Origin: Blepharisma stoltei ATCC 30299
Lineage: Eukaryota; Protista; Ciliophora
Reading direction: 5' to 3'
Assembly (NCBI GenBank): GCA_965603825.1
Contig: CBFDEM010000047.1
Location: forward strand, 558,001 to 622,000
DNA: 64,000 bases
Made by a program: the position numbers and the translations under genes. Of the stretch, positions 20,267-31,556 are shown piece by piece. Within the stretch, counting starts at the first letter, position 1. Every line of letters begins with the position of its first letter. The notes under the pieces were generated by a model. That model saw only the letters and a program-made list of their open reading frames with translations. It did not search any database and had not been told where the DNA came from.

Positions 20267-23200
20267 ATGATGAAAATGGAGAATGAGGACAGTCGCACAG
20301 GCTCAATTGGAATTCAAATTTCAAACCAAGATGAGCCAATTCTCCTCCCACAAGAACGTCCAAGCTATTTTCAAAGAGTATCAGTAACATAGCTCAAAAA
20401 ATTATTGAAAAAAGTCGAGCCTCCAGAAAGATATATAAACTTCTCAGGTACGATAAATTATACATCTCCATCAAATGCAGTGAAGAACACAAAATACAAC
20501 ATTATTACTTTTTTCCCGCTCTTCTTATTTTACCAATTCGGACAGCCTTTAAATCTCTTCTTTTTAGTTATCGCTCTCAGTCAATTCTACCCTCCTTTAC
20601 AGGTAGGGTTTCTTTTTACATATATTGCGCCTTTAGCCTTAGTCACTTTTATAACGATGTCTAAAGAGGCTTATGATGATCTAGTTAGGTGGCAGCGAGA
20701 TCGAGAAGTGAATAATCAATTATATACATGTCTCAGTCACAATGGCTCCAAAAGAATCCCATCAGAAGAAATCAAGGTTGGGGATTTCATTGAAATCCAT
20801 TCTCATGAAAGAATCCCAGCTGATATGATTTTAATGCAAACTTCTGATGAAAGCGGCACTGTTTTTATCAAAACTGACCAGCTTGATGGAGAAACTGATT
20901 GGAAATTAAGAAAAGCTGTTGTGTGCACGCAGAGGGTCAGACCGGAAATGCAGCTGCTAAATTTGGCAGGAGTGGTTACGATTAAAGCTCCACATAAAAA
21001 TATATATGAATTTGAAGGGAAAATCGAACTTGAAATAGGCGGAAAAAGTGTCGCTGAAGGGCTAGGGCTGGAAAATACAGTATGGTCTAGCACTTCGTTA
21101 GCGTCAGGAAGCTGCATTGGATTTGTGATCTATACAGGAAAAGAAACAAGAAGTGTAATGAATGGCAGGGAGCCTTCAAACAAGCTTGGAGCTACTGATA
21201 TTGAACTCAATAGGCTTGCAATGTATTTACTAATACTCATGATCTCTATGTCATTTTTAATTGTATGTCTAGCAGGATTTAGTGTCAATACTCCTATTTC
21301 CTTCTTCAGATTCTTATTGCTCCTTTCCACTATTATTCCTATTTCTCTCAGAGTTAACCTTGATTTCGCCAAAATTTATTACAGCTACCACATCGCAAAA
21401 GATCCTTTAACTGGCAACGCAAAGCCAAGAAACTCCACAATTCCTGAAGAACTTGGCCGAATTCACATTTTATTAACAGACAAAACAGGAACTCTTACCA
21501 AAAATGATATGATCTTAAAACGTCTCAGTTTTGAATATGAGAAATTTTCAATTGACGATAAAGACAGTATGGAGGATTTATTAAAATTAATGAACTTAAA
21601 TTATCAGAACTGTCCAGCTCCCATTGGCGATTTTAATCAAAAGAAAAAAAGAAAAAGAGATACAGATATGGTTGTCAGAGATATGATTACAGCACTCACC
21701 TTGTGCCACAATGTTACCCCAGTGATGGAAAATAATGAGCAGATTTATCAAGCAAGCTCACCTGATGAAATCGCCCTAGTCAATTTCACAAAAAGCATAG
21801 GTGTAGAGCTGCATCATCGAAGCCAAGAAATGATGATAATTAATACACCAGCTGGAATTGAAGAGTATAAAATTTTGCAGATGTTTCCATTTACATCAAG
21901 CAGCAAGCGTATGGGAATTATACTTTACCATGAAGCTACAGATAATATTATTTTTTACTTAAAAGGTGCAGAAGAAGTTTTAAAAGAAAAAATTGGCTCC
22001 CAGATTTCCAGAACTCGAATGATTGAAGACTGTGAAAACTTAGCCCAAGAAGGCTTAAGGACTTTGGTGGTGTCTCAAAAAATTTTGACAAAAGAAGAAT
22101 ATGAGGCATTTCTTGAAAAATTCAATACTGCAAGGGTTTCTTTAGTAAATAGAGAAATAATGATAAGAGCCGCTATCGATACACTTGAAGTTGATATGGA
22201 ATATTTAGGCGTCACAGGCGTTGAAGATAAATTGCAAGACAAAGTGGACAAAAGTATTGCAAAATTAAAAAATGCAGGAATTAAAGTATGGATGCTTACT
22301 GGTGATAAATTTGAGACTGCGAAATGTATTGCAATTTCAACAGGCTTGAAAAAGCATGATCAGACTTTTTATGAAATTGTAAATATGTGTGATAGAAATC
22401 TGTTGAAAGAGACACTTGATGAACTAAGACTAGTTGGAAACCAAACAACTGTGCTGGTTGTTGATGGAATTTCTATTCATATTGCATTAGAGGCCTTTGA
22501 AGAAATTTTTGTACAAGTGGCCAGCCAGTTAGGAGGGGTTGTGTGCTGCAGAGCAAGCCCAACCCAAAAAACCCAGGTTGTAGACGCTCTGAAAAGATAT
22601 ACTAAAAATAGAGTTTGCTCCATCGGAGATGGAGGAAATGATGTAGGGATGATACAGGCTGCTCATGTCGGAGTAGGAATTGAAGGGAAAGAAGGGAAGC
22701 AAGCCTCTTTAGCAGCTGATTATTCTATTTCAGAATTCAGACATGTAACTGCATTAATTTTATGGCATGGGAGGATGAGCTACTTAAGAACCTCACGATT
22801 GGCGAATTTCATATTCCATAGAGGTCTTATAATTGCTGTGATCCAGTTTATGTTTTCAATGATTTTTTATTATATTGCAATTCCAATTTATAATGGATAT
22901 TTAATGCTTGGCTATACTACTATTTTTACCTCAATGCCTGTATTTTCAATTGTGTTAGACAAAGATATTGAATATAAAACTATCAAAAATTTCCCCATAC
23001 TTTACCAGACCCTCCAAATGGGCCGTGCATTGAATTCTACTAGATTTTTGCTGATTCTAGTGAAAAGCATATATCAAGGCTCAGTAATAATTCTTTGTGC
23101 AATCTTACTATTTATTGATGATAGCTTTATAAACATCGTTGCAATAACTTTTTCAGCTTTAATTTTGACAGAATTGCTAAACATTGCAACTATGATTGAA

Positions 23201-23428
23201 ACTTGGACAAGAGGAATCATAATATCAGAAATAGCTGCATTTACAATGTATGCTATATCAATTTTAGCCCTTAGGAACTATTTCGATGTTATGTTCATTC
23301 TTACGCCTGATTTCTTCTGGAAAGTCTTATTAATCACTACAATTTCTTGGCTTCCACTTTATTTAGGTAAATTCATCAAAGACAAGCTGATGCCATCAAA
23401 AGCCAAACAAATAAGGGAGAATAGTTAA
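20267..23428 (+). CDS. ATP9: P4-type ATPase phospholipid flippase, ATP9/NEO1 class (~1048 aa; intron 20378-20392)
   Basis: QLDGETDWKLR, IPISLRVNLD (ATP9/NEO1 signature), DKTGTLT, MLTGDK and IGDGGNDVGMIQ. Start is ATG 20267, 20270 or 20276. Confidence 0.93.
20378..20392 (+). other. 15-nt intron gtatcagtaacatag (ATP9)
   Basis: Removes an in-frame TAG and supplies the ATG exon. Confidence 0.85.
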
Positions 23429-23493
23429 ATTTGTTTTTTAATAATTTTGTTAATAAACACCATTTTATCAATGAATTACCTTTACCTGAAAAT

Positions 23494-24921
23494 TTATTCG
23501 ATTTCTTTAAGCTCTTTATCATGATGTTTGTGCTTACGAGGAGACTCCATACCTTCAGTGATCAATTCGCGAGTCATGGTTGGAATATACCCGTTAGGGA
23601 CTTGATGCTCGTCCATCTCCCAGAAAACCTGGTCTTCAAACAAGTCATGAGGTCCGTTAAAGCATGGCAATTTTAGAATTAGGCCTGTAATTACGCCAGT
23701 TATAATTGCAATCGCTAAAGTAATTCCTAAGCTTGCAATTTGCAGTCCTCCTTGTTCTGAAGCAGTTCTACCATCAAATCTATCCTCAACTCTATACCCT
23801 AAAGTGTCTTCTGTTAAAGCACCTATAAAAATAGCTGAAAAAATGCCTCCAAAAATTCCTGGCATTCCATGAAGGTTATTAATTCCACATGTATCATAAA
23901 GTCCAATTTTTCTCTGAAGTAAAGGAGAAAGCACTTCAAACCCAACGCAAGACATAAATCCTGCCCAATACCCTACAAATAAAGCTGCAAAAGGATATAC
24001 AATTTGGTCTGCACTCGTCCCTACACAGACTCCTCCTGCTAAAGTTGCATTTAAGACGTCTTCCATGCTCAATTTTCCTTTCTTAAATATAGAAGAAGTA
24101 ATAAATACAGCAGTTGTTGATCCAGTCAGTGCTAGAAGAGTGTTAATAACTGATCGGATTCTGTCTTCAGGGTTTAAAGCAGGGAAACAGTTAAAGCTAG
24201 GCCAGTACATCCACAAAAACAGAGTTCCAATCATAGCAAATAAGTTCGAGTTATAATTTGAACTGTTTTTTGGATGTCCTTTAGTTTGTTTTGGTGAAAT
24301 CATCATCGTCACTGACAAGCCAAAGTAAGCCCCAAATGTATGGATTGTTATACTCCCACCGATGTCTTGTAGGTGGATTCTATCAAAGCAAATAGCTTCA
24401 TTTAATGCGTAAAAGCATGCCTCGATAAACGCCATAACCAGGAGCTGAAACAAATTTAGCTTGCCTAAAACTCCTCCTAAGCTGATTAATATGGCTGCAC
24501 AGCAGTATAAAGCGGTCACCATTGTAGTGATGTCTACTTGAATTTTAAAGTCCCAGTTGTCTCCACTCACACATCTGATCCAGAACCCATTGTAAAGGAT
24601 GTACATCTGGAATACCACGACTGTTAGAATAAAGTTAAACCCAACCGCTGACCAACTATGAGTTCTAAGAAAAGTCATTAGGAATCCAAAGCCAATAAAC
24701 ATCATGACTGACACATCTTGCATTACTGGGTAACCTGTAACAAAAGCAGTCTGCGGCTCTTCATTCCAAGGGAGGCTAGGATCGACGGGGTCGTAACGAA
24801 ATTCGACAAAAATGCCATATAGAATCACAATGACCACTTCTAGAAGGATAAAGAATATCTGGAATAGAGAGGAATTTTTCTTTGTTTCAGAGTTTTGGTC
24901 CTCTGGACGATCAATTTCCAT
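23494..24921 (-). CDS. Rhesus-type (Rh50) ammonium transporter
   Basis: QDVSVMMFIGFGFLMTFL, DIGGSITIHTFGAYFGL, AMIGTLFLWMYWPSFN, NATLAGGV and DTCGINNLHGMPG. Confidence 0.95.
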   Translation of the reverse strand: MEIDRPEDQNSETKKNSSLFQIFFILLEVVIVILYGIFVEFRYDPVDPSLPWNEEPQTAFVTGYPVMQDVSVMMFIGFGFLMTFLRTHSWSAVGFNFILTVVVFQMYILYNGFWIRCVSGDNWDFKIQVDITTMVTALYCCAAILISLGGVLGKLNLFQLLVMAFIEACFYALNEAICFDRIHLQDIGGSITIHTFGAYFGLSVTMMISPKQTKGHPKNSSNYNSNLFAMIGTLFLWMYWPSFNCFPALNPEDRIRSVINTLLALTGSTTAVFITSSIFKKGKLSMEDVLNATLAGGVCVGTSADQIVYPFAALFVGYWAGFMSCVGFEVLSPLLQRKIGLYDTCGINNLHGMPGIFGGIFSAIFIGALTEDTLGYRVEDRFDGRTASEQGGLQIASLGITLAIAIITGVITGLILKLPCFNGPHDLFEDQVFWEMDEHQVPNGYIPTMTRELITEGMESPRKHKHHDKELKEIE

Positions 24922-25450
24922 TTTATCGTTAAATTATTATGAAAGTTGGCTGGGAGAATTTAATGGATTATGAGATTATAAATAGACTAATATGAAATCA
25001 GGCTCATGTGATACATTAAAAGTGGCATACAGTAAAACTTAAAGGTAAAATAAGTTATAAATTTTAAATAAAATAACTTTTCAACAACAGTATGAGAGAA
25101 CGAGCTGTAGAAAACATGAAATTTTGAATTTTAAAATTTTTGCTACAAGGTATAAAGATGAGGAATTTTTAATTTAAAATTAATATAGCAAAATAAGTTG
25201 CTCATCAAAGCTTTCAGAAGATTTAGATTTCTAGATTTGTTTATGACATATTTTCATATTAATAAATAAGTTCTAATTTTAGCTTAATCATTTTTACTCT
25301 TGAAAAATCAAATAGTTATAAACTTTCGACTTCTGTAAATTAACTTTTATTCTATCATCCCTGTATCAAGAAAATCTATATCTTGTAATAAATTATTTTA
25401 TCCATAATTTTTTACCTAAAATACCTTTTAATAATCATTGATCCATAGAT

Positions 25451-27049
25451 ATGGAAATTCTGGCCAGACTTCAAAATCAAGCTAACCAAATTAAGCAGAT
25501 TCACCTTAGAGATCTTCTCTCACAACGTGAGAGAAACCAAGTCTGCACTGCAAATTTCGAAAATATCCTTTTCGATTATTCTCATAGTAAAGTATGCCAG
25601 ACAACACTTGATTTGCTAGGGGAGTATGCCATATCTACTGGACTCTTCGATAAAATAAGAGCTATGTATGAAGGTCAGCACATCAATACAACAGAAAACA
25701 GAGCAGTTCTCCACGTTTTATTAAGAGCTCAAGAATCCCAGCATCCTCAGTTCCCTGAAGTTCTCCAAATCAGAGAAAGGATCAAAGATTTCGCTGGCAA
25801 AGTTCGAAATGGAGAAATTCTGGGAGTCACAGGTAAGCCTTTGTTTAACATTCTCTGCATTGGGATTGGTGGAAGCTACCTAGGCCCAGAATTTGTAGCA
25901 GAAGCCTTAAAAACTGAGCCAAACTGCATGAGGGAATCTATAGGCAGAAATCTTCGCTTCTTAGCTAACGTAGACCCAGTTGATTTCTTAAGAGCTACCC
26001 ATGAGCTAGACCCAGAAGAAACCTTAGTGGTCATTATTTCTAAAACTTTCACAACTGCTGAAACCATGATGAATGCAAGAAAAGCTACCGCATGGCTTAC
26101 ATCTCATATAACTAGCCATCCTTCAGAAAAAGTAATTGAGCATCATGTCTGTGCAGTTTCTTCCAACCTCCAAAAAACTAAAGAGTTTGGCATCCAAGAT
26201 GAAAGAGTTTTCGGATTTTGGGATTGGGTAGGCGGAAGATACTCAGTTACCTCAGCTGTAGGCCTAGTTCCTCTTTACCTTCATTATGGTCCTCAAATTG
26301 ATCTTTTCTTACAAGGTGCTAATTCTATTGACAGACTTTTCCTTGAAAAAGCCAACCTGAACCAATGGAAAGAAAACATCCCTCTGCTAATGGGACTTTT
26401 GGGCTGGTGGAACACACAATTTTTGGAGTACTCATCAAGAGCTGTGTTACCTTATTCTCAAGCATTGGTTAGATTTGCAGCTCATATTCAGCAGTTAGAT
26501 ATGGAAAGCAATGGAAAACAATGCAAAAAGGATGGAACTCCTGTAGAAGTGTCAGGACCAATTGTATTTGGAGAGCCAGGAACTAATGGGCAGCACTCAT
26601 TTTATCAGCTTATGCATCAAGGCAGAATTGTTCAATCAGAATTCATAGGATTTTGCCAGTCGCATAGCTCAGATAGTGAAGCTCATAATGAATTAATGTC
26701 AAATTTCTTTGCACAGCCTGATGCACTTGCCTTAGGCAAAACAACTGAAGAGTTGAGAAAGGAAAATTGCCCTGATGCCTTGGTTCCTCATAAGATGTTT
26801 AAAGGTGATAGACCAAGCTTTAGCTTATTATTCCCTGCGCTTACTGTAAACGCATGCGGCCAGCTTTTAGCTCTTTATGAGCATCGCGTCGCAGTAGAAG
26901 GGTTTTTGTGGGATCTTAATTCATTTGACCAATTTGGAGTTGAGCTAGGAAAAACACTTGCAACTAAAGTAAAGCAAGCAATTGCATCAGAAACCTTTGA
27001 AGGCCACCCAAGCGAAAATTTGCTTCTTCACTATATCAATCATAGATAA
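25451..27049 (+). CDS. GPI: Glucose-6-phosphate isomerase
   Basis: GIGGSYLGP, SKTFTTAET, DWVGGRYS, GTNGQHSFYQL and FDQFGVELGK. Confidence 0.98.
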   Translation: MEILARLQNQANQIKQIHLRDLLSQRERNQVCTANFENILFDYSHSKVCQTTLDLLGEYAISTGLFDKIRAMYEGQHINTTENRAVLHVLLRAQESQHPQFPEVLQIRERIKDFAGKVRNGEILGVTGKPLFNILCIGIGGSYLGPEFVAEALKTEPNCMRESIGRNLRFLANVDPVDFLRATHELDPEETLVVIISKTFTTAETMMNARKATAWLTSHITSHPSEKVIEHHVCAVSSNLQKTKEFGIQDERVFGFWDWVGGRYSVTSAVGLVPLYLHYGPQIDLFLQGANSIDRLFLEKANLNQWKENIPLLMGLLGWWNTQFLEYSSRAVLPYSQALVRFAAHIQQLDMESNGKQCKKDGTPVEVSGPIVFGEPGTNGQHSFYQLMHQGRIVQSEFIGFCQSHSSDSEAHNELMSNFFAQPDALALGKTTEELRKENCPDALVPHKMFKGDRPSFSLLFPALTVNACGQLLALYEHRVAVEGFLWDLNSFDQFGVELGKTLATKVKQAIASETFEGHPSENLLLHYINHR

Positions 27050-27348
27050 TTAATTAATTAATTAGTTAATCAAATAAACTTCAAGGCTTTAATTAATTGC
27101 AAATGTGCATTATTTATAGAGTAGATAAATTTTATATGAGAAAATTTTAAACAGAGAATAATTATTATATTGTATATATGGATAGAGAAAAATAAAGTTT
27201 ATCAATGAGAAATGCAAAAATAAAATTACGATGGAAGAACGCTTCAAAAGATTTATAGTATTTGTAATAAATTGTTAAAAAATCTAAGATTCTAATTTAG
27301 AAATTTTATATTTGACTTTAATCATTGAAATTGCTCACAATTTGTTAG

Positions 27349-27582
27349 TTATCGCAAAAATAGCGTTGAAAATGCGCAGGCTACGCAGCCGAAAGCTACC
27401 CAAGGGCTTAAACGATCACCTACTACAGCAGCTCTTCTAAAGATCCCTCCAAATCCTTCCTTTTGTGAGTCTATCATAGATGGCCTGAATTGTCGTATAT
27501 AAGAGCATAAGCATATTGTCAAGAAAATCACAATCATCAAACTCTGAAAGTTGAATAGTGCAGACTAAATAAGAAATACCAT
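27349..27582 (-). CDS. TMEM167: Protein kish / TMEM167 (72 aa; intron 27565-27579 directly after the ATG)
   Basis: After splicing: MSALFNFQSLMIVIFLTICLCSYIR...G.RLSPWVA. Confidence 0.92.
27565..27579 (-). other. 15-nt intron gtatttcttatttag (kish)
   Basis: Splicing gives the canonical M-SALFNFQSL start. Confidence 0.92.
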
Positions 27583-27764
27583 TTTGATATAAAATTATAA
27601 TGGAGTACATGTGGACTTACGGCAAAAGCAGGAAAATCTCTTTGTTAAATTCTAACTTTCTGAAAGGTTAAACTAGAGAAAATGATTTTTTTTACTTTGG
27701 ACATCAAAATAAACATATGAACAGAAAAGATTTATTGTTTTTATGTTGATAAAAAGTTAAATTA

Positions 27765-28559
27765 TTACCATTTGGCTTTTGGCATCAATTTTTGAAATAA
27801 TATGTAAAACAAAATGCTGGTCAAAAATAGAGTTACTGGATAATTTTTTATCACATAAACTCCATCAAAAGTTTCTCAGTTGTCAAATATTTTCTCTTTT
27901 TCCAGTTGATTTTGAATAAATTTTTCATCAATTTCTAGCTTATGTTGAAATAATTTCTTGTGGTGTTTTATTCTTCTTTCTTGCTCATAATAATCGGTAT
28001 TCTCTAATTTGCCTTTAAATAGCATTATTCCAGAGACTTTAGGATTTGATTTGGCTTTTATAAAATTTACTATTATTTTCTCATTTTCAATAGCATTTGC
28101 TAAAGGAGTATTATTTCAAAAAACAACATCTTCTGTTATAATCAGAGGAATAAAAACATCATAAGCAGCTGAATCTTTGACATTTTCATAAATTTCAAGG
28201 GAATTAATCACAATATTTTGGCCAATTCCAATACTAAATGTTTTATTAGCATTAGAAGATCAGAATTCTGCAAACTTAAGAATTAATATATAGCTCCCAG
28301 GCGTTGGAAGGCGAATATTGTAGCTGAAATTATCTGATGAATGTCTTTCAGTCTGATAAATTGCAGGATCGTTTGTGTATTTTACGATTTTATTCCTGCC
28401 AGGATGTATGGAAAGTCCTCCTTTATAGCCTTGATCTTTATTCCAGAATACACCTGAACTGTCTATATATTCTTCGCCACCACAATTTACAGCATATATA
28501 GGTTGTCCAAATGAGCAAATTAATGTCATACTGACAATGATAAGAAATTTCTTATCCAT
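27765..28559 (-). CDS. MLEC: Malectin-like ER lectin, type I membrane protein (~264 aa; 3 TGA=Trp; alternative start 28568)
   Basis: Signal peptide, YAVNCGG, IYQTERH, GSYILILKFAEF-W, NPKVSGIMLFKG and C-terminal TM VTLFLTSILFYILF. Open to TAA 27765 with TGA=W. Confidence 0.85.
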
Positions 28560-28850
28560 ATTTATCATTTCTTCTATTAATTCTCAATTTTATTATATTT
28601 AAGTGAGAGAAATTAAAATTTTTGATAGTATTTTCTTTGTATCTCCTTTCTAGATTACATCACGAAGTATATTGCTATAATAATGCATAAAACGTAAAAT
28701 TTAATTTAAAAAATTTATAATGAGTCTTATATTAAACTAGATGAGCATAAGCAATCGTTTTATTAGCAGTGTATCTATGCAGGCCAATAGACTATTTAAA
28801 AGTTTATAAAAAGCGTAAATTTTAAAGCTAAATTTTCAATTTCTAGTTAT

Positions 28851-29483
28851 TTAAATGCTCCATGCGAGCAAATAGGTTATCAATTTCCCAACATCTTGTC
28901 CTTGCTTTGTTACATTTCCAGATTCGAGATTTGCAAAATAATCTTCAAGTGCTGCATTCACAGCTGTGAAATTAACTCCATAATGAACTAGCAGCTGAGC
29001 AAAACCTTTTTCAGTGGCTAGACTCAAAATGGTGTTAGTGAGCGTTTGAATTGCACATGAATCGTAGCTTGCGGTAAATTTATTCACAAAGTCACTAAAG
29101 TTGTCAAGACTGTCAAATATTTCTGTTGGCAAAATGCTGAAACTTCCTATAAAGGTGTTATATGCAGTTGTAGTGCTTGATATTGATTGGACACAAGTTG
29201 AAGGGGTTGAAGGGTTCTTTTGAAGGCCTGTAATCACTCCGGCCATAAAAACGCTGTAATATCCAGTAAGTGGTTTTCCTTGTTGGTCTTTAGGAATGGT
29301 GAAGAAATTACTTTTTGTTAAAAATGTTGTAAGAGATGATAAGAAAGAAAGTTTGCATTCCAAGGAAGATGGGTCTTTGCAGACATTTTCAGCTGAGTTT
29401 GGGCTGAAAAATTTGTTCTGGAAGTCAGATGAGGCTGAAATAAAGCAGATAAGAAGAAAGAAATAAAGAGGCTTGGATATCAT
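28851..29483 (-). CDS. Secreted alpha-helical protein of unknown function (210 aa)
   Basis: Signal peptide; AGVITGLQ...C, SYDSC and terminal GQDVGKLI pattern similar to 3340-3900. Confidence 0.75.
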   Translation of the reverse strand: MISKPLYFFLLICFISASSDFQNKFFSPNSAENVCKDPSSLECKLSFLSSLTTFLTKSNFFTIPKDQQGKPLTGYYSVFMAGVITGLQKNPSTPSTCVQSISSTTTAYNTFIGSFSILPTEIFDSLDNFSDFVNKFTASYDSCAIQTLTNTILSLATEKGFAQLLVHYGVNFTAVNAALEDYFANLESGNVTKQGQDVGKLITYLLAWSI

Positions 29484-29694
29484 CTTTTATTTATAAGAAG
29501 AAATATAAGAATTTAAATGGGTAAATAAGAAAATGTATTCATGAACTATTTAAGGTGAGAGATTTATTTTTTATCTTGGATGATAAGTAAATGGTTCAAA
29601 AAATAATAAATTTATGATCTAAATTTCTCAAAATCAATAAGGTGAATTTATATTTCAATTCATTTTAGCCTCAATATCCAATAGTTTATTTAAT

Positions 29695-31176
29695 ATGGAG
29701 TTTTCTGAGACTTTTGAGCTCTTGCAAATGCTCAAAGGCCCCAAATCGCACGATCAGCCAAATATTCTATCCTGCAGAAGTGATCGTTTCTCTGACTGCG
29801 CTGAAAAAATGATCCACTACTCACAATTAGAAACAGAAATTTTAGGACAGTCCCCTTTAAACTGCTTTGCTACCAGCTCTCAAAGTACTCAAGGCGATAC
29901 TTATTCAGATGGCAATTTTAATGAGCCTGAATCTCCAATTACAAATTTTACAGAATCCAAGGAAGAAAGTAACAATTATCAAAACCATGAAGAAATCGTA
30001 AAAACCTTCCAAATGGTAGGAAAAAGCAATATTGCTTTAAATTATGAATGCAGCGAGCTTGTCATGCTGAAGGTTTATTTATTTTCGCTTTATGACTATA
30101 TCGAGATTTCTCTTCCGAGGACAAACACAATTGGGCAGCTTATTGGGAAAATTTTAGCTGCTTATAAGCAGGATATAGCGAGAGAAATTCCATTGCCAAG
30201 TGGAGCGATTCCTGAAGCGTATGGGATATGGGTTATAAGTGGGGAAAATGTTTCAAATGAAATATCACTTATGCTGGATAGATCTTCAAAGGTTTCTGAC
30301 TGCTCGAATTCTAATTTGATTTTTTGCAATATCCCAGGGTTCAAAAATAAAATAAGGCGCTCTACAGTTTTACTTTCGAGTAAAAATATTTCTGGGGTTT
30401 CTCTAAAAATAAATTATGAAGGCTTTTGTGTTCCTGTTTATGTGGGCCCAAATGTCACCCTGAAAAACCTACTTCAAACTTTAGAAAGAAAATTCCCAGA
30501 AAGAGGCTACTACAACCCAGATGAGTATGAGTTCAAAATTAGCGTCCCAATAGAATTTTCTATCAGAAAAGAAGAATGCATTGTTGACATGAACTTTACT
30601 GTTAGCACTTTAAGGACCAATGAGCTGTGGCTTTGCAAAAAAAATTATAAAGACTCACCAATAATCAGTGAGCCAGCAAAGAAGATCCATAGTGAAATTA
30701 CTAAAGAGCATGAAGAAGACCATGAAAATTACAAACCTTCTATGTTCAACATGTCAAAATCTCAAGCCTGCGCTTACAAGGAATACATAGTCATCAAAGT
30801 AAACAAATGGGGCAGAAAACAAAAACGAATTTTAGGAATTGATCAATTAAGATTATATAACATGACAGAATCTCAGGCTAAGCAAGCAATAAAGCAACAC
30901 GCGCTGACATCATCAGCAAAAAATGTGCTTTTTATGAAATTCCAAGGGTTATATAAATCAGTTACTCATCACCCAGAAATCCCAATAAGCAGTATCCAAC
31001 GAATTGATCAAGACCATTCGAATTTAGCTTGTTTTCATATTGAGTACATAGAAGACAACGAGCTGAAACGCAAGCTATACGAAACTGAGTCATCTGCAAT
31101 AGCTTCTGAAATAATTGCAAAAATTTTAAAAATAATGTCAATGAATGCTGCAGACAATCAATGGCATGGCGATTAG
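29695..31176 (+). CDS. SIN1: SIN1/Avo1-like TORC2 subunit (CRIM-RBD-PH architecture)
   Basis: CRIM-like LKVYLF...TIGQLIGKILAAY...AYGIWV...LDRSSKVSD; ubiquitin-like middle; PH-like YKEYIVIKVNKWGRKQKRILGID...LYETESSAIASEIIAKI. Confidence 0.65.
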   Translation: MEFSETFELLQMLKGPKSHDQPNILSCRSDRFSDCAEKMIHYSQLETEILGQSPLNCFATSSQSTQGDTYSDGNFNEPESPITNFTESKEESNNYQNHEEIVKTFQMVGKSNIALNYECSELVMLKVYLFSLYDYIEISLPRTNTIGQLIGKILAAYKQDIAREIPLPSGAIPEAYGIWVISGENVSNEISLMLDRSSKVSDCSNSNLIFCNIPGFKNKIRRSTVLLSSKNISGVSLKINYEGFCVPVYVGPNVTLKNLLQTLERKFPERGYYNPDEYEFKISVPIEFSIRKEECIVDMNFTVSTLRTNELWLCKKNYKDSPIISEPAKKIHSEITKEHEEDHENYKPSMFNMSKSQACAYKEYIVIKVNKWGRKQKRILGIDQLRLYNMTESQAKQAIKQHALTSSAKNVLFMKFQGLYKSVTHHPEIPISSIQRIDQDHSNLACFHIEYIEDNELKRKLYETESSAIASEIIAKILKIMSMNAADNQWHGD

Positions 31177-31319
31177 GAAAACAATTCATATTTTAAAATA
31201 AGGCTTGTAGGTTAAATTCTCATTAATGATAATTATGCCGCGCTTTATTTTTCTATAGTTTAATCTATTGAATGGGAGTGGTAGTAAATTCAAATAAATT
31301 AATAAAATAATTTAATATC

Positions 31320-31556
31320 ATGGAAAAGATTGAAGGTGTAATAAGAGGCACTTTCCAAGGCGGAGGCTACATACAACAGTCTGATGGAACACTTTATATT
31401 TATTACGAAAGTAGCTTAAAAGATTTAAATAAAGAAATTTTGCAAAGAAATACAAGAGTCGTTGCACTACTGTCAGGGAACACAATAATGCAAATAAAGC
31501 TGAAGGAAGACAACATGGACTGGTCAGAAGCAACACTTATGCATATGATAATCTAA
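31320..31556 (+). CDS. Small cold-shock/OB-fold-like protein (78 aa); overlaps the convergent gene by 20 nt
   Basis: ATG follows an AT-rich leader. IEGVIRGTFQGGGYIQQSDGTLYIYYESSL...LQRNTRV aligns by eye with the cold-shock-domain consensus. Confidence 0.55.
   Translation: MEKIEGVIRGTFQGGGYIQQSDGTLYIYYESSLKDLNKEILQRNTRVVALLSGNTIMQIKLKEDNMDWSEATLMHMII

Noticed and set aside
27047-27070. (TAAT)n run after the GPI stop and similar TAATT-rich tails after other stops
   Set aside because: Low-complexity AT sequence that cannot be separated from background by eye
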